Below are positions 28,180 to 37,297 of a stretch of DNA of 64,000 nucleotides, one piece after another. The notes under the pieces were generated by a model, which saw only the letters and a program-made list of their open reading frames with translations, searched no databases and was not told where the DNA came from. The DNA is from a virus (Duplodnaviria; Caudoviricetes): positions 11,041 through 75,040 of IMG/VR virus record IMGVR_UViG_3300005673_000057. One strand, written 5' to 3'. How positions within the stretch are numbered: position 1 is the first letter of the stretch; every line of letters starts with the position of its first letter. The translations under genes and the position numbers were made by a program.

Positions 28180-28509
28180 ATGGTTGGGCTCGCAATTAAC
28201 GTCTTTCTGCTTGCTGTTGGCGCGTACATCGTTTGGACTTTCTCGCGGGAGTACAAGGAAGCCAAGGGGACGATGTGGGAGCGCGCACTAGAGGCATCGC
28301 GTGATAGCGCGGTTATCCTCTGGTCGAAACTGGTGATTGTCGGCACCGTCTTTGTGAATGGTGTCGCTTATCTGGCCAGTGCTCTGGATGCTGGCACGGT
28401 CGAGCAGATCAAGGTCTATCTTCCTGTGGAGTACGTTACCGGCTTCATTGTGGTGGTCATGATCATCACAATCGTTGCCCGGCTACGCTCCATGCACGGC
28501 AATGACTGA
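28180..28509 (+). CDS. Putative holin (multi-TM)
   Basis: Three hydrophobic segments directly after the endolysin. Confidence 0.5.
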   Translation: MVGLAINVFLLAVGAYIVWTFSREYKEAKGTMWERALEASRDSAVILWSKLVIVGTVFVNGVAYLASALDAGTVEQIKVYLPVEYVTGFIVVVMIITIVARLRSMHGND

Positions 28510-28789
28510 CCTTATTACCCAGGGCCTGAATAATTGGCTGACCCACACCTGGGCCAGCTTCTACGATCCTTTTTACGCCTACATTGCCTTGGGCGTACTT
28601 ATCATTCTCATCGCTACACTGATGGCGTGGTACTTCAGCATCTTGCGTCCCATTGCGGGAGCCATATTCGTCGGTGTCATTTCCTTTCTTGTCGGCATGC
28701 GCAAAGGGCAGCATGTCGAGAAAGATAGACAGGAAGCGAGAGGGGATAATAGAGATATCGAGCCATCTCGTGAGAGGTGGCCATGGTAA
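28502..28789 (+). CDS. Lysis-cassette membrane protein
   Basis: Two TM segments and a charged C-terminal tail. Confidence 0.45.
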   Translation: MTDLITQGLNNWLTHTWASFYDPFYAYIALGVLIILIATLMAWYFSILRPIAGAIFVGVISFLVGMRKGQHVEKDRQEARGDNRDIEPSRERWPW

Positions 28790-29004
28790 GAGATCAGGAC
28801 GATAATGGGGTACAGCGATCTTTAGGCCGGATTGAGTCAGGTGTGGACAGTCTAAAAGACGATGTAGCCAAGCTAATATCGCAACTAGAAAAACATGATG
28901 AAAAGATTGGTGCCTTAGAGCGCAAGCAGCATTGGTATTCTGGATTTGCTGCCGCCATAGGGACTATTATTGGGATTGGGTCGGGACATTGGACTAGGTT
29001 CTGA
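28783..29004 (+). CDS. Coiled-coil + C-terminal TM protein (holin/XhlA-like)
   Basis: Heptad repeat followed by a hydrophobic tail. Confidence 0.5.
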   Translation: MVRDQDDNGVQRSLGRIESGVDSLKDDVAKLISQLEKHDEKIGALERKQHWYSGFAAAIGTIIGIGSGHWTRF

Positions 29005-29029
29005 CAATCCATAGGGTGGGAGAGTCTGA

Positions 29030-29977
29030 TTGAGTCATCCAAAGGGGACGGACGCCGAAGTGATGGAGTTAGTCCGTCGCTATGGCAAGACAGAGGCCGC
29101 CAAGCGTCTAGGCGTCCATATCAGGAATATTAATGCGAGGTGTCGGAACTTAGAGCAAAAGTACGGTCAGGACGTAACCCCTCCGCACCATAATTCCCAT
29201 AATGCTCTTGCTACCTATCCCGGCGTTCTTCAATTCAATATCCAGTCTGGCTCAATCATCATTGGCTCCGACGCTCATATAGAGCCGGGCCCCCCGTCTA
29301 CCGCCATGCGGGCCTTCGTTCACTTCATCAAAGAGATGAAGCCGAAGTGCGTCATTCTAAATGGCGACGTAATGGACTTCCCCAGAATATCAAAACATTC
29401 TCCGATAGGGTGGGAGAAGATGCCAGAGCCAGCCGCAGAAATAGAGGCGGCACAGGAGCAATTGTACGAGATCGAAAAGGCTGCTGGCAGAGTGGAAAGA
29501 ATATGGACCTTGGGCAATCATGATGCTCGTTTTGAATCGACATTGCATCGCTTAGCGCCAGAATATGCCCACATTAATGGCGTTCATCTCAAAGACCACT
29601 TTCCATTATGGTCACCTTGTTGGAGGGTGGATGTTAACAAAGACGTGGTGGTAAAGCACAGATTCAAAGGTGGTATTCATGCTACCCACAATAACGTCTT
29701 GTGGGGAGGCAAGAGCTTCATCACTGGGCACCTTCATTCTCTTCAAGTCCGGCCATTCAGTGACTATACAGAAAACATCAAATGGGGCGTCGATACTGGA
29801 TGCTTAGCAGATGTCGGAGCCAGAGCTTTTCTTGATTATACCGAGGCAGGGCCCAAGAATTGGCGTTCCGGCTTTGTTGTTTTGACCTTCCACAAGGGGG
29901 TCCTTCTTCAGCCAGAATTAGTCATAGTATATGACGACAACCATGTGCAGTTCCGAGGCAGTCTGATAAAGGTGTGA
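29030..29977 (+). CDS. Calcineurin-like metallophosphoesterase with N-terminal HTH
   Basis: SDAH, LNGDVMD, GNHD, GHLH motifs. Confidence 0.8.
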   Translation: MSHPKGTDAEVMELVRRYGKTEAAKRLGVHIRNINARCRNLEQKYGQDVTPPHHNSHNALATYPGVLQFNIQSGSIIIGSDAHIEPGPPSTAMRAFVHFIKEMKPKCVILNGDVMDFPRISKHSPIGWEKMPEPAAEIEAAQEQLYEIEKAAGRVERIWTLGNHDARFESTLHRLAPEYAHINGVHLKDHFPLWSPCWRVDVNKDVVVKHRFKGGIHATHNNVLWGGKSFITGHLHSLQVRPFSDYTENIKWGVDTGCLADVGARAFLDYTEAGPKNWRSGFVVLTFHKGVLLQPELVIVYDDNHVQFRGSLIKV

Positions 29978-30333
29978 GAATGCCAAAGCTAGTCATAACG
30001 CCAGAGATGATGGCTGCGGCCTATGATTATCTCGTAACCACGCCACCATTCTGTGATTGGAATCTGCCTGATAGCGAAGACGTTAGTTTTAAGGTATATC
30101 GTTCTATTAAGAATCGAGGTGATTGGTTCCGCATTGGCACCAAACACAGGATTCGCCTCTCATTGCATTATTGCAAATCCACGACTGCATTGATCGAGAC
30201 AATGGCGCATGAATTAATACACGTACATGAAGATCATAATAATTGTTCAGGCAAGGGGGAGCACAGCGCGGCCTTCAAAGCATGGGCAAACGAAGTCTGC
30301 GAAATTCATGGCTGGGACCCCGCGCTATTCTAG
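29974..30333 (+). CDS. SprT-like zinc metallopeptidase
   Basis: TMAHELIH (HExxH) and H...F downstream. Confidence 0.7.
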   Translation: MRMPKLVITPEMMAAAYDYLVTTPPFCDWNLPDSEDVSFKVYRSIKNRGDWFRIGTKHRIRLSLHYCKSTTALIETMAHELIHVHEDHNNCSGKGEHSAAFKAWANEVCEIHGWDPALF

Positions 30334-30401
30334 CGGTCCAAAACAAGCCACTACCAAGAGCATGCCGATACAGATCATTACGGTAACAAGGAGAATTTCC
30401 A

Positions 30402-30677
30402 TTGGTCTACTCCGAGAAGGATAAGTACATTTGTACTGTACGCAGTCAGGTTCGTGGTAGCGCCGATCTGATCGTAACCGATATCACGACAGGCGAGAGC
30501 CAAGTATGGCCGTTGCGCTGGCGTCAGCTACTCATGCTAAGTTACGAGTCGATAAAGGCGCTGGATAGTTGGCCGCTTAACGAGGTACGACAGTCCCATC
30601 AATTTTGCGCTTCCATTTTGAGCGACGAGAGCCCGGCATTGGAGGCCCCCGCTTCACCTTCAAGCCTAGATGTTTAG
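30402..30677 (+). CDS. Hypothetical protein
   Basis: Last ORF of the + operon, GGAG RBS, TTG start; overlaps the convergent HNH gene. Confidence 0.4.
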   Translation: MVYSEKDKYICTVRSQVRGSADLIVTDITTGESQVWPLRWRQLLMLSYESIKALDSWPLNEVRQSHQFCASILSDESPALEAPASPSSLDV

Positions 30678-30921
30678 ACCGTACACGGTTGGACTTCGCG
30701 ATTTTGGGTATGTCTTCGGTTCCAGTTTTTCTATTGTGGCATGACAAGCAGAGGCAGGCGGCGTTGTCGAGTACAGGCTCACCGCCAAAAGCATCAGGCT
30801 TGATATGATCAAGGTGCCATTTACCAGGATAAAGAGTTGCCGTACATTCATCACATTTTCCTCCACATCTTTCCCAAGCTTGTAGCTTGGTCTTTTTACT
30901 AAATTCCTTGCGCCTAGTCAT
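30577..30921 (-). CDS. HNH endonuclease (McrA-like, Cys4 zinc)
   Basis: CDEC...HLDHIKP...N...LCLSCHNRKT. Confidence 0.8.
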   Translation of the reverse strand: MTRRKEFSKKTKLQAWERCGGKCDECTATLYPGKWHLDHIKPDAFGGEPVLDNAACLCLSCHNRKTGTEDIPKIAKSNRVRSKHLGLKVKRGPPMPGSRRSKWKRKIDGTVVPR

Positions 30922-31438
30922 GACGAAGAAATTCTCCGTGAAGCTCTTCTCGAAATTCTTTGGCTAATTTTTCCGCTTCCTCAAGGGAGTTTGTTTTTGC
31001 TGTGAGCATCTTTCCATTCATGGCCACTTCTACGCGATATCCTGCTCGCCCTTTGATTGCGAACACTCCCTTCGGGAGCCCGTTCTTCCTTTTTTTGACT
31101 GAATTGCAACTATTCTGCCTTGGTGTTGCCAACCTTAGATTGTTAGCGCTGTTATCGGCACGATCCTGATTAATGTGATCGATGTGCATTCTTTCTGGTA
31201 TGATAGTTTGCCTAGAAATAATCCAAGCAATGCGATGAGCATAATGAAATTTCCCATCCATCCTTAGTCCGATATAGCCATTTGGCTGCTTTTTGCCTGC
31301 TACATTGCCAGCATTTCTTGTATTATATACACGCCAGCCCTTATTGGTCTGGAAATGGCCGCGCGGTCTCTCCTTCCACCGAAGTAGACCACTATAAGGG
31401 TCATAGTCGAGGCGGCTTTCGTAATATTCCGGTGTCAC
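30914..31438 (-). CDS. HNH-AP2 homing endonuclease
   Basis: YDPYSGLLRWK, AHRIAW, IDHINQDRADNSANNLRLAT, LPKGV...LHGEF. Confidence 0.85.
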   Translation of the reverse strand: MTPEYYESRLDYDPYSGLLRWKERPRGHFQTNKGWRVYNTRNAGNVAGKKQPNGYIGLRMDGKFHYAHRIAWIISRQTIIPERMHIDHINQDRADNSANNLRLATPRQNSCNSVKKRKNGLPKGVFAIKGRAGYRVEVAMNGKMLTAKTNSLEEAEKLAKEFREELHGEFLRHD

Positions 31439-31522
31439 GGCCTAACTTTCTTACTAAATTCTTTACGTATCATTTGTTCCAATATTGCGTGCGCGCTTGA
31501 CCAAGATCGTCCATCGGTGCCC

Positions 31523-31873
31523 TCAAGGCAGATATGTGATTACTTCGATGCCAGCCGCGCGTGCTTGGGCAACCATGTTGGTGGTGCCGTTCCGTCCGGG
31601 GAACGCCACGACCAGGTCGGGCTTACCCTCCACGATCATCCGCCGGTTGCGCCGGGGGCCGGCCGATTTTCCGTGTCGTTTCCAGTCAGCATTGAACTCC
31701 ATCACGGGAATGTTGTGTCGCCGGGCGTAAGTATCGGCCAGCATGTCAGCGCCTTGAGCATTGCCGTGGATAAGAACGTCGAACGGCTCTCGCGTCACCT
31801 GTAGCGCGGACAACAGTGTTGCGAGCGCACCGTAGTTGTCATAGTTCCTGCCGCCGCAGACTAAGACTCGCAT
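31523..31873 (-). CDS. SLOG/YspA-like (DUF2493) protein, copy 1
   Basis: MRVLVCGGRNY...IHG-A-GAD...ADW..HG..AGP-RN..M...KPDLVVAFPG..GT. Confidence 0.8.
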   Translation of the reverse strand: MRVLVCGGRNYDNYGALATLLSALQVTREPFDVLIHGNAQGADMLADTYARRHNIPVMEFNADWKRHGKSAGPRRNRRMIVEGKPDLVVAFPGRNGTTNMVAQARAAGIEVITYLP

Positions 31874-31915
31874 CGTGGTCCTCATTGCCGCCATTCGGTT
31901 CAAGGCAGATATGTG
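31523..31915. repeat. 16-bp direct repeat flanking the DUF2493 gene
   Basis: TCAAGGCAGATATGTG identical at 31523-31538 and 31900-31915. Confidence 0.85.
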
Positions 31916-32058
31916 CGGGGCTTCCCACCCCTGCTGGGGACTGAGGGGCGAACCCTCGTCCTCTGTCGGCTCGGAACGTTTCGTTGGCCGACCAACGGCG
32001 CAGACCCAACCGGCAGGTACTGCGCAACTTCCGTGGTGCTCATCACCGCCATGTGTGC

Positions 32059-32307
32059 CTAGTAGTTGAAGCAACGGCGTTGGTCTAATTGCGTCTGCCA
32101 ATCGTCAGCTAGTTTGTAGACCTCCATGAGCTTTGTCATGTTCGGTCCATTGTTCTGGTCCGCGATCTTCCGAGCGTCCTCGCCCGGCATTACGAACACT
32201 GGATAGTCTGACCAATCGAATGTGTCGCAGACCACGATCATGTGGGTCGCACCCTTCTCTTGGCCTCGGTGAAGCCACTGCGTTATGTCGTCCCTGTTGG
32301 TTGCCAT
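32059..32307 (-). CDS. Conserved phage hypothetical protein
   Basis: GAGGA RBS; MATNRDDITQW...GATHMIVVCDTFD-SDYPV-V. Confidence 0.6.
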   Translation of the reverse strand: MATNRDDITQWLHRGQEKGATHMIVVCDTFDWSDYPVFVMPGEDARKIADQNNGPNMTKLMEVYKLADDWQTQLDQRRCFNY

Positions 32308-32315
32308 CTCGGTCC

Positions 32316-32438
32316 TCATTGCCGCCATGGGCGACCGCAAAGGCCGCAGGTCGCCACTAGCCTCAGTTCCGCGTGGCAGGTCGGACAGACGCGCCCGAGC
32401 TTGATCCTGATCCAGCGTTTCAGTCGTCGCCACCACAT
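32316..32438 (-). CDS. 40-aa zinc-finger peptide
   Basis: Manual translation MWWRRLKRWIRIKLGRVCPTCHAELRLVATCGLCGRPWRQ*; GAGGA RBS. Confidence 0.45.
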   Translation of the reverse strand: MWWRRLKRWIRIKLGRVCPTCHAELRLVATCGLCGRPWRQ

Positions 32439-32719
32439 ATCGTCCTCATTACCGCGATTAGCGACAGGTACGCTTGGCTCTATACCACTTGAGCCAGCGC
32501 CCTATGGTCGGGCTTCGCGTTTTCCATTTCTTCCAGAGCTTCTTCATTCGAGCCACCCGAAGGCTTTCGCGAAAAACAGCGCGCTGGTCACCAGTAGCAG
32601 CACAGTTTGCGCATACCTGTGATACCCTCCATGGAAGTACGCACCGAACGCAGCAATCGCGCCGAAGCATCCGAAGAAACTTGCTAGACCAAATTGCAGC
32701 GTGGCCAACATCATTCTCC

Positions 32720-32983
32720 TCACCGCGAAATGTGATTTGGCTGCGGAGGCCAGCCCGTATTCCCGGCAGAGCACGAGCGCAGCGTCTTGGAGAGACCTAC
32801 CAGTGCAGCTTTGATGTCCCATCGTTCTGCCGGCAACAGTTCTGCGGCGGCTGCCACCATCATGGCGTTCCAAAGCGCGTTGTCGCCTCGGATGAAAACA
32901 CCCGGCCAGTCATCACCAAACTGCATCGGCCCCGTCTCCGGTCGCCCGGTCGGCAGTGGTGGTACCTGCGTGATCTCGGTCAT
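32720..32983 (-). CDS. Hypothetical protein
   Basis: GAGGA RBS; R-ETGPMQFGDDWPGVFIRGDNA motif. Confidence 0.55.
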   Translation of the reverse strand: MTEITQVPPLPTGRPETGPMQFGDDWPGVFIRGDNALWNAMMVAAAAELLPAERWDIKAALVGLSKTLRSCSAGNTGWPPQPNHISR

Positions 32984-33012
32984 GTCGTCCTCATAAACGC
33001 CCTTTGAGAGCC

Positions 33013-33246
33013 TTACCCAAGCAACTTCTTGCGCTGTTGCTCGATAATGGCCTCTGCTCGTGAGTACATATCAAAATCCTTGATCTTACCAGTATCCGAA
33101 TATGTACGGAGCTTGTAGTTGCCAGATTCATCCAGTACCACAATGACTATGGCCACTGGCTTATCCAGCTTCTTCTCGATCTCAGTAATGGCACTACGCG
33201 CATGTGCGGTCAGTGTGTCGTTGGTAGCAACCAGTTTAACGCTCAT
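33013..33246 (-). CDS. Hypothetical protein
   Basis: GAGGA RBS; ATGA coupling. Confidence 0.55.
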   Translation of the reverse strand: MSVKLVATNDTLTAHARSAITEIEKKLDKPVAIVIVVLDESGNYKLRTYSDTGKIKDFDMYSRAEAIIEQQRKKLLG

Positions 33247-33578
33247 ATCATCCTCATTTCTGCTCGTTTCGAGGCTTCTTGCCCCTGCTCCTCATGATAC
33301 TTCATCTTGCAAAACTCCATGCGTATCTTCAAGAGATTCGCATGCTTACGCGCCGCTACGATCTTCTCGATATGCTCTTGCCACTCCCGCGATGCCTTGA
33401 CTGCCATCTCGGCCTTGTTGACGGCGATATCTCCCATCACGGCCATGCGCTGGGAGAGGACGGCGCTGCGCGAATCCTCCAGTAAACTAGCAGCGGCCTC
33501 TGCGTCAGCCCATTGTTCCCCTATGATACGGAAGGTTTCGGACCATGGGAGTGTTTCATCTATTACAAATGGCTCCAT
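33243..33578 (-). CDS. Helical recombination-module protein (UvsY-like mediator possible)
   Basis: WADAEAAASLLE...AE..V-AS-EW..H...AR..AN-LK helical pattern next to an SSB-like gene. Confidence 0.45.
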   Translation of the reverse strand: MEPFVIDETLPWSETFRIIGEQWADAEAAASLLEDSRSAVLSQRMAVMGDIAVNKAEMAVKASREWQEHIEKIVAARKHANLLKIRMEFCKMKYHEEQGQEASKRAEMRMI

Positions 33579-34024
33579 GTCTTCCTCGATTTTATTGCCG
33601 AGACTGTCTGTCTAGAAATGCCAAAGTCTACAGCAATGAGGTGGTGCCTTCTTTCGTCGTCTCGAATATTCTTGATATCTTCTGGGCGCAACTTGCTAAG
33701 TGGATGTTTCTCCCCCTTGCGGTCACCATTGCGACTTCGGCCTTTTTTCGCTCGGTCTCTCATATTCTCTAAATGAGAGCCCAAGAAAAGATGGTCTGGA
33801 TTTACACAAATTGGATTGTCGCACTTATGACAAACACACGCACCAAGTGTGATCGGGCCATTGACCTCCTGATATGCGATCCTGTGTGCAAGATAGCTCT
33901 TGTTCCCAATCCATATAATTCCATATCCATCACCCTGAATAGCTCTTTCCCATAGCCAGCATCCAGAATTTGGCTCTGGAATGCAGTTATCAAAGAACTC
34001 TTCTTTTACCTTTCTGCGCTTCAT
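33563..34024 (-). CDS. HNH homing endonuclease with C-terminal HTH
   Basis: PEPNSGCWLW, AHRIAY, VCHKCDNPICVNPDHLFLG...NMRD; GEKHPLSKL...FGISRQTVSAIKSRKTWSHL. Confidence 0.85.
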   Translation of the reverse strand: MKRRKVKEEFFDNCIPEPNSGCWLWERAIQGDGYGIIWIGNKSYLAHRIAYQEVNGPITLGACVCHKCDNPICVNPDHLFLGSHLENMRDRAKKGRSRNGDRKGEKHPLSKLRPEDIKNIRDDERRHHLIAVDFGISRQTVSAIKSRKTWSHL

Positions 34025-34026
34025 GA

Positions 34027-34506
34027 CTAAAACGGTATTTGGTCCCCATCCATATCGTCATTGCCAAGCGGATCACGCTTCGGTGCCATTCCGCTTGATG
34101 CAGTCTTACCAGCAGGCACCAGCCCTCGCCGCCAGCCCATGCGTAGATTATTGGTGAGAAGTGCGATGCCCTCCGGGGAAGTATCAAGACTACCAGTGCC
34201 TGCAATGGCATTCATGACGCCGCAGACGAAGATGTTTTCCGATGTGGCTTCATCACGATTGCCGCCACTACCAGTATTCGATGGTACAGGTCCACCTAGC
34301 GCCTTGACGGTCTTAACGGTGTGGTATGTCTTGCCATTATAATCGCGGCTTTCGTAGGTGATCTCGTACTTGCCGCCCTTCGAGAACTGACCAAGCATGG
34401 CGGGAGCTACGCCGTAATAGTCTCCACCATCGGTCTTGATATTGCCCTGCTTCTTGCCTTCTGCCGGGGGGTTTACGTAGGCAACAGTCACGGTGGCTGT
34501 GTTCAT
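34027..34506 (-). CDS. Putative single-stranded DNA-binding protein
   Basis: OB-like beta-rich N-terminus and acidic-aromatic tail DDMDGDQIPF. Confidence 0.55.
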   Translation of the reverse strand: MNTATVTVAYVNPPAEGKKQGNIKTDGGDYYGVAPAMLGQFSKGGKYEITYESRDYNGKTYHTVKTVKALGGPVPSNTGSGGNRDEATSENIFVCGVMNAIAGTGSLDTSPEGIALLTNNLRMGWRRGLVPAGKTASSGMAPKRDPLGNDDMDGDQIPF

Positions 34507-35237
34507 CTTATGACTTCCTCGATTGTGGCGACAACGCCTTCAGGTAGGTGTCCCGTGGCTTTGCGGAATGCGCGAGCCTCGCTCAGGATGGTCTTAATCA
34601 ATGCCTCAGAGAGGCCCATTTCGTCAATGGCTTTATGCCAATTGTGGAGGACCAAGACTTCTTTATCTATGAGACTGATCGCTTTTTTGTAGCCACCAGT
34701 GACTTTGACGTGTGTGCCTTTCTCGGCGCGGGCTGCTTCCCTAACCGCTTTGTCATATTGTCCATACGATCTATCAGCCTCTTGAGTAGCCAAGGCGATA
34801 TTGACCACCTCACCAGACTTAGCAGCCTCAATAGCTTCTTGTTCTCTGTCTTCTGCTTCTCTAGCTCGTCGCTCAGCCTCCTCAACTGCTCGTCGCTTGG
34901 CATCTGCTTCTGCTTCCCGGCGCTCTCTTTCCGCCTTGATGAAGGCTGCGATGCGCTCCTTGAGTAGGTCTGCAACCCGCCTGAGCGTCTCGCGTGGAGT
35001 TTTGTACCTCTCGTTGATCGCCTTGACTTGCTCATTGAGCGGCCTCACCTGTTTATCGCGTTCGGATTCTGCGTCGGCTATTGTGGACGTGGCACGGTCG
35101 ATCAGTAGCTTGGCAGCACGGGCATCATCCTCAGTCTGAATGACCGGGTGATCCTCTAGAAATCTCCCGAGAGCCTCAGTCGTTTCTGCTGTAAATTCTA
35201 GAATGCTAGGAGGCGAATTGTGACCAATGGTGGTCAT
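34503..35237 (-). CDS. Coiled-coil protein of the recombination module
   Basis: MTTIGHNSPP start (ATGA overlap); long E/R/A coiled coil. Confidence 0.6.
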   Translation of the reverse strand: MTTIGHNSPPSILEFTAETTEALGRFLEDHPVIQTEDDARAAKLLIDRATSTIADAESERDKQVRPLNEQVKAINERYKTPRETLRRVADLLKERIAAFIKAERERREAEADAKRRAVEEAERRAREAEDREQEAIEAAKSGEVVNIALATQEADRSYGQYDKAVREAARAEKGTHVKVTGGYKKAISLIDKEVLVLHNWHKAIDEMGLSEALIKTILSEARAFRKATGHLPEGVVATIEEVIR

Positions 35238-35392
35238 ATATGCCTCCATACAACTCTATTTACTACGTGTCGTACATGACGACGACTTATGCCGAATCTC
35301 TGGGCAATTTCCTTATGATCTACATCATTTGCATGTAGCCGACGTATTTCAGTGACACTACTTTCCGTTAGCTTGGCATTTCCGTGTTTCAT
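35234..35392 (-). CDS. 52-aa stand-alone HTH protein
   Basis: Manual translation MKHGNAKLTESSVTEIRRLHANDVDHKEIAQRFGISRRHVRHVVNRVVWRHI*; similar to the HTH tail of 33563-34024. Confidence 0.65.
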   Translation of the reverse strand: MKHGNAKLTESSVTEIRRLHANDVDHKEIAQRFGISRRHVRHVVNRVVWRHI

Positions 35393-35398
35393 GACCAA

Positions 35399-35468
35399 GC
35401 CCTAACCCGCTTGGGGTCAGAAGTCAAGGACGAAAAGTGTTGCATTTTTGCCCACAGTGGGGTACGCC
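35399..35468. promoter_or_regulatory. Divergent promoter pair with operator-like sites
   Basis: Leftward TTGACT-N17-TAGGGC (35427 to 35399); rightward TTGCAT-N17-TACGCC (35440-35468); AACCC-N5-GGGTC at 35404-35418. Confidence 0.55.
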
Positions 35469-35495
35469 TTTAACCTGTATCAAAGAGGGAATGCC

Positions 35496-35684
35496 ATGAA
35501 GCTTGAGGAATATCTGATTAGAAATGCGCTGACAGATGAGGATTTTGCTCGGAAGATTGGGATCAGCAAGCACGCCGTCCGTAAGTACAAGTCCGGTGCG
35601 CGTGAGGTTCCAAGAAAATGGATTGTTCTGGAAATAGAGAAAAAGACCAAGGGGGAGGTTGCCCCCATAGACTGGTATCGCTAA
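35496..35684 (+). CDS. cro: Cro-like HTH regulator
   Basis: MKLEEYL...FARKIGISKHAVRKY..G-R-P...IE..T-GEV...DW (YdaS/Cro pattern); GAGGG RBS. Confidence 0.75.
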   Translation: MKLEEYLIRNALTDEDFARKIGISKHAVRKYKSGAREVPRKWIVLEIEKKTKGEVAPIDWYR

Positions 35685-35723
35685 ATATCGCACAGGGCTT
35701 CTGGAAGGGCTGGAACCGTAAGC

Positions 35724-36167
35724 ATGCGTCAGGACTTGTGGACAGAAGAAGAGATCAAGATTTTGGTCAGGCTATGGCCGGACGTGAACAAGACGCTACG
35801 AACGACGGATATAGGTGCCCTCGTGGGCAAGTCGAAGAATGCAGTGATTGGCAAGGCCGGGCGGCTAGGGCTTGAGAACAAGAAGCCCCTGCCCAGTCAG
35901 CCTCAGTTTCACGGGGAGCGCAAGAAGCGCAAGCCCCGTTCTGAGCGCATGCCTGCCGTCAAGGTCCGTATCGAGCCGATGGTGATCGAGCCGCCCGCAC
36001 CAGTGGATGGTGGCCTGGACATTATGCAGCTAGAGTCCCATCATTGCCGCGAAATTACCGGCTATGGCTACCCTGACTTGCTGGCACGGTACTGTGGACA
36101 TCAGAAGCGCGAGGGCAGTTCCTTCTGCCAATACCATTGGCAAAAGAACTTTGTTGTGGTGAAATAA
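35724..36167 (+). CDS. gcrA: GcrA-like cell-cycle regulator
   Basis: WTEEEI..L..LW...KNAVIGKAGRLGL N-terminus; L....CR-I...YCG......SFC-YH C-terminus. Confidence 0.8.
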   Translation: MRQDLWTEEEIKILVRLWPDVNKTLRTTDIGALVGKSKNAVIGKAGRLGLENKKPLPSQPQFHGERKKRKPRSERMPAVKVRIEPMVIEPPAPVDGGLDIMQLESHHCREITGYGYPDLLARYCGHQKREGSSFCQYHWQKNFVVVK

Positions 36168-36447
36168 GATATGGAAATCGTTGTTTTTTCAATCTTATGT
36201 GTGGGCCTAGGGTGGACCATCTTTGCACTCCTGCTTCCTGAATGAAGAAAGGATCGGCCAGTGTCCGAGACAGAAAGGCGGCTTCTTGAAGAGAAGGTTG
36301 CTGCCCTTCTCAAAGAGCGGGGCGTAAGGATTTTCACTAGTGCCTGTGGTTGCTGTGAGGGCGTTACATTTGCCCTTGAAATTGATGGAAAAATGATAGT
36401 CGATCACGAAACAGATTGGAATTTTTCCAATTTTTGAAAGCGCGTCT

Positions 36448-36819
36448 GTGGCCATACTCAGACTCCCGATTCCACCGTCAGTTAACGCGCTGTATTTCAA
36501 CAGGAAATATGGGAAGGGCAGGGGAAGAATCAAAACCCCAGCCTACCGTCGCTGGCTCAAAGAAGCCGATGGCTGGCTTCTTATACAGAAGCGCGGTCTT
36601 AAGAAGGTGGAGGGGCGCTGTGCTGTAGAGATTCGCATCCCACAAGTACGTGGTGACGCCAACAATTATCCCAAGAGTGTTTGCGATTTTCTCGTTTCCA
36701 GAGAACTAACAGACGACGACAAATTCCATGTGAAGGTATCGGTGGAAATCGTGACCGAACTTGATTGCTGCGAAATTTTCATCATCCCCCTTGACAACCA
36801 AACCCAAGGCGGGTTATAG
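36448..36819 (+). CDS. rusA: RusA-like Holliday junction resolvase
   Basis: LPIPPSVN..Y...D-NN..K...D-L...DD pattern. Confidence 0.7.
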   Translation: MAILRLPIPPSVNALYFNRKYGKGRGRIKTPAYRRWLKEADGWLLIQKRGLKKVEGRCAVEIRIPQVRGDANNYPKSVCDFLVSRELTDDDKFHVKVSVEIVTELDCCEIFIIPLDNQTQGGL

Positions 36820-36820
36820 C
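36791..36820 (+). promoter_or_regulatory. Promoter with palindromic operator
   Basis: TTGACA-N18-TATAGC containing AACCC-AAGGC-GGGTT (36801-36815). Confidence 0.55.
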
Positions 36821-36850
36821 CCAAAGTGTCGTACTCTCAAGGAGCAAGTT

Positions 36851-37297
36851 ATGAAGATTGATGGTCTTCCGGTTGTAGACGCCAAGGCTCCCATTCTCTT
36901 GTCAATCAGTGCGGCGGATATCCGCAGGGGGCATGGCCGTGACCCGGATTCATGTGCTGCTGCCGTGGCTTGCATGCGCCAGCTAGATTGCCGTGCCGCC
37001 AAGGTCCACATGGGACGCATCTACGTTCTCAACGGCAAGAAGTGGTATCGCTACCAGACGCCACAATCCATTCGCTCCGAAGTTATCGCCTTCGACCGGC
37101 GCGACTCCTTCAAGCCTGGGGTCTACAAACTCAATCCTCCAGCGGCCTCCAAGGTTGCATCGCGCGGCAAGCAGAACGGCACCAAGACAGGCCAGTCACG
37201 TCATGGCGGTCAGCGCAAGTACAAGCGCGCAGCGCCGCACTTTGTCGAAGGCGTGCGTGGCCGGATGCACGATTTCAGTCGCGACAAGCAGAAGTAA
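36851..37297 (+). CDS. Basic hypothetical protein
   Basis: GGAG RBS; GC3-rich codons; DPDSCAAAVAC motif. Confidence 0.55.
   Translation: MKIDGLPVVDAKAPILLSISAADIRRGHGRDPDSCAAAVACMRQLDCRAAKVHMGRIYVLNGKKWYRYQTPQSIRSEVIAFDRRDSFKPGVYKLNPPAASKVASRGKQNGTKTGQSRHGGQRKYKRAAPHFVEGVRGRMHDFSRDKQK

Larger units (their letters stand above)
31874..33001 (-). repeat. Family of gene-boundary/start-associated repeats
   Basis: GGTCCTCATTGCCGCCAT identical at 31877-31894 and 32311-32328; variants at 32032-32052, about 32441-32455 and about 32984-33001. Confidence 0.7.
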
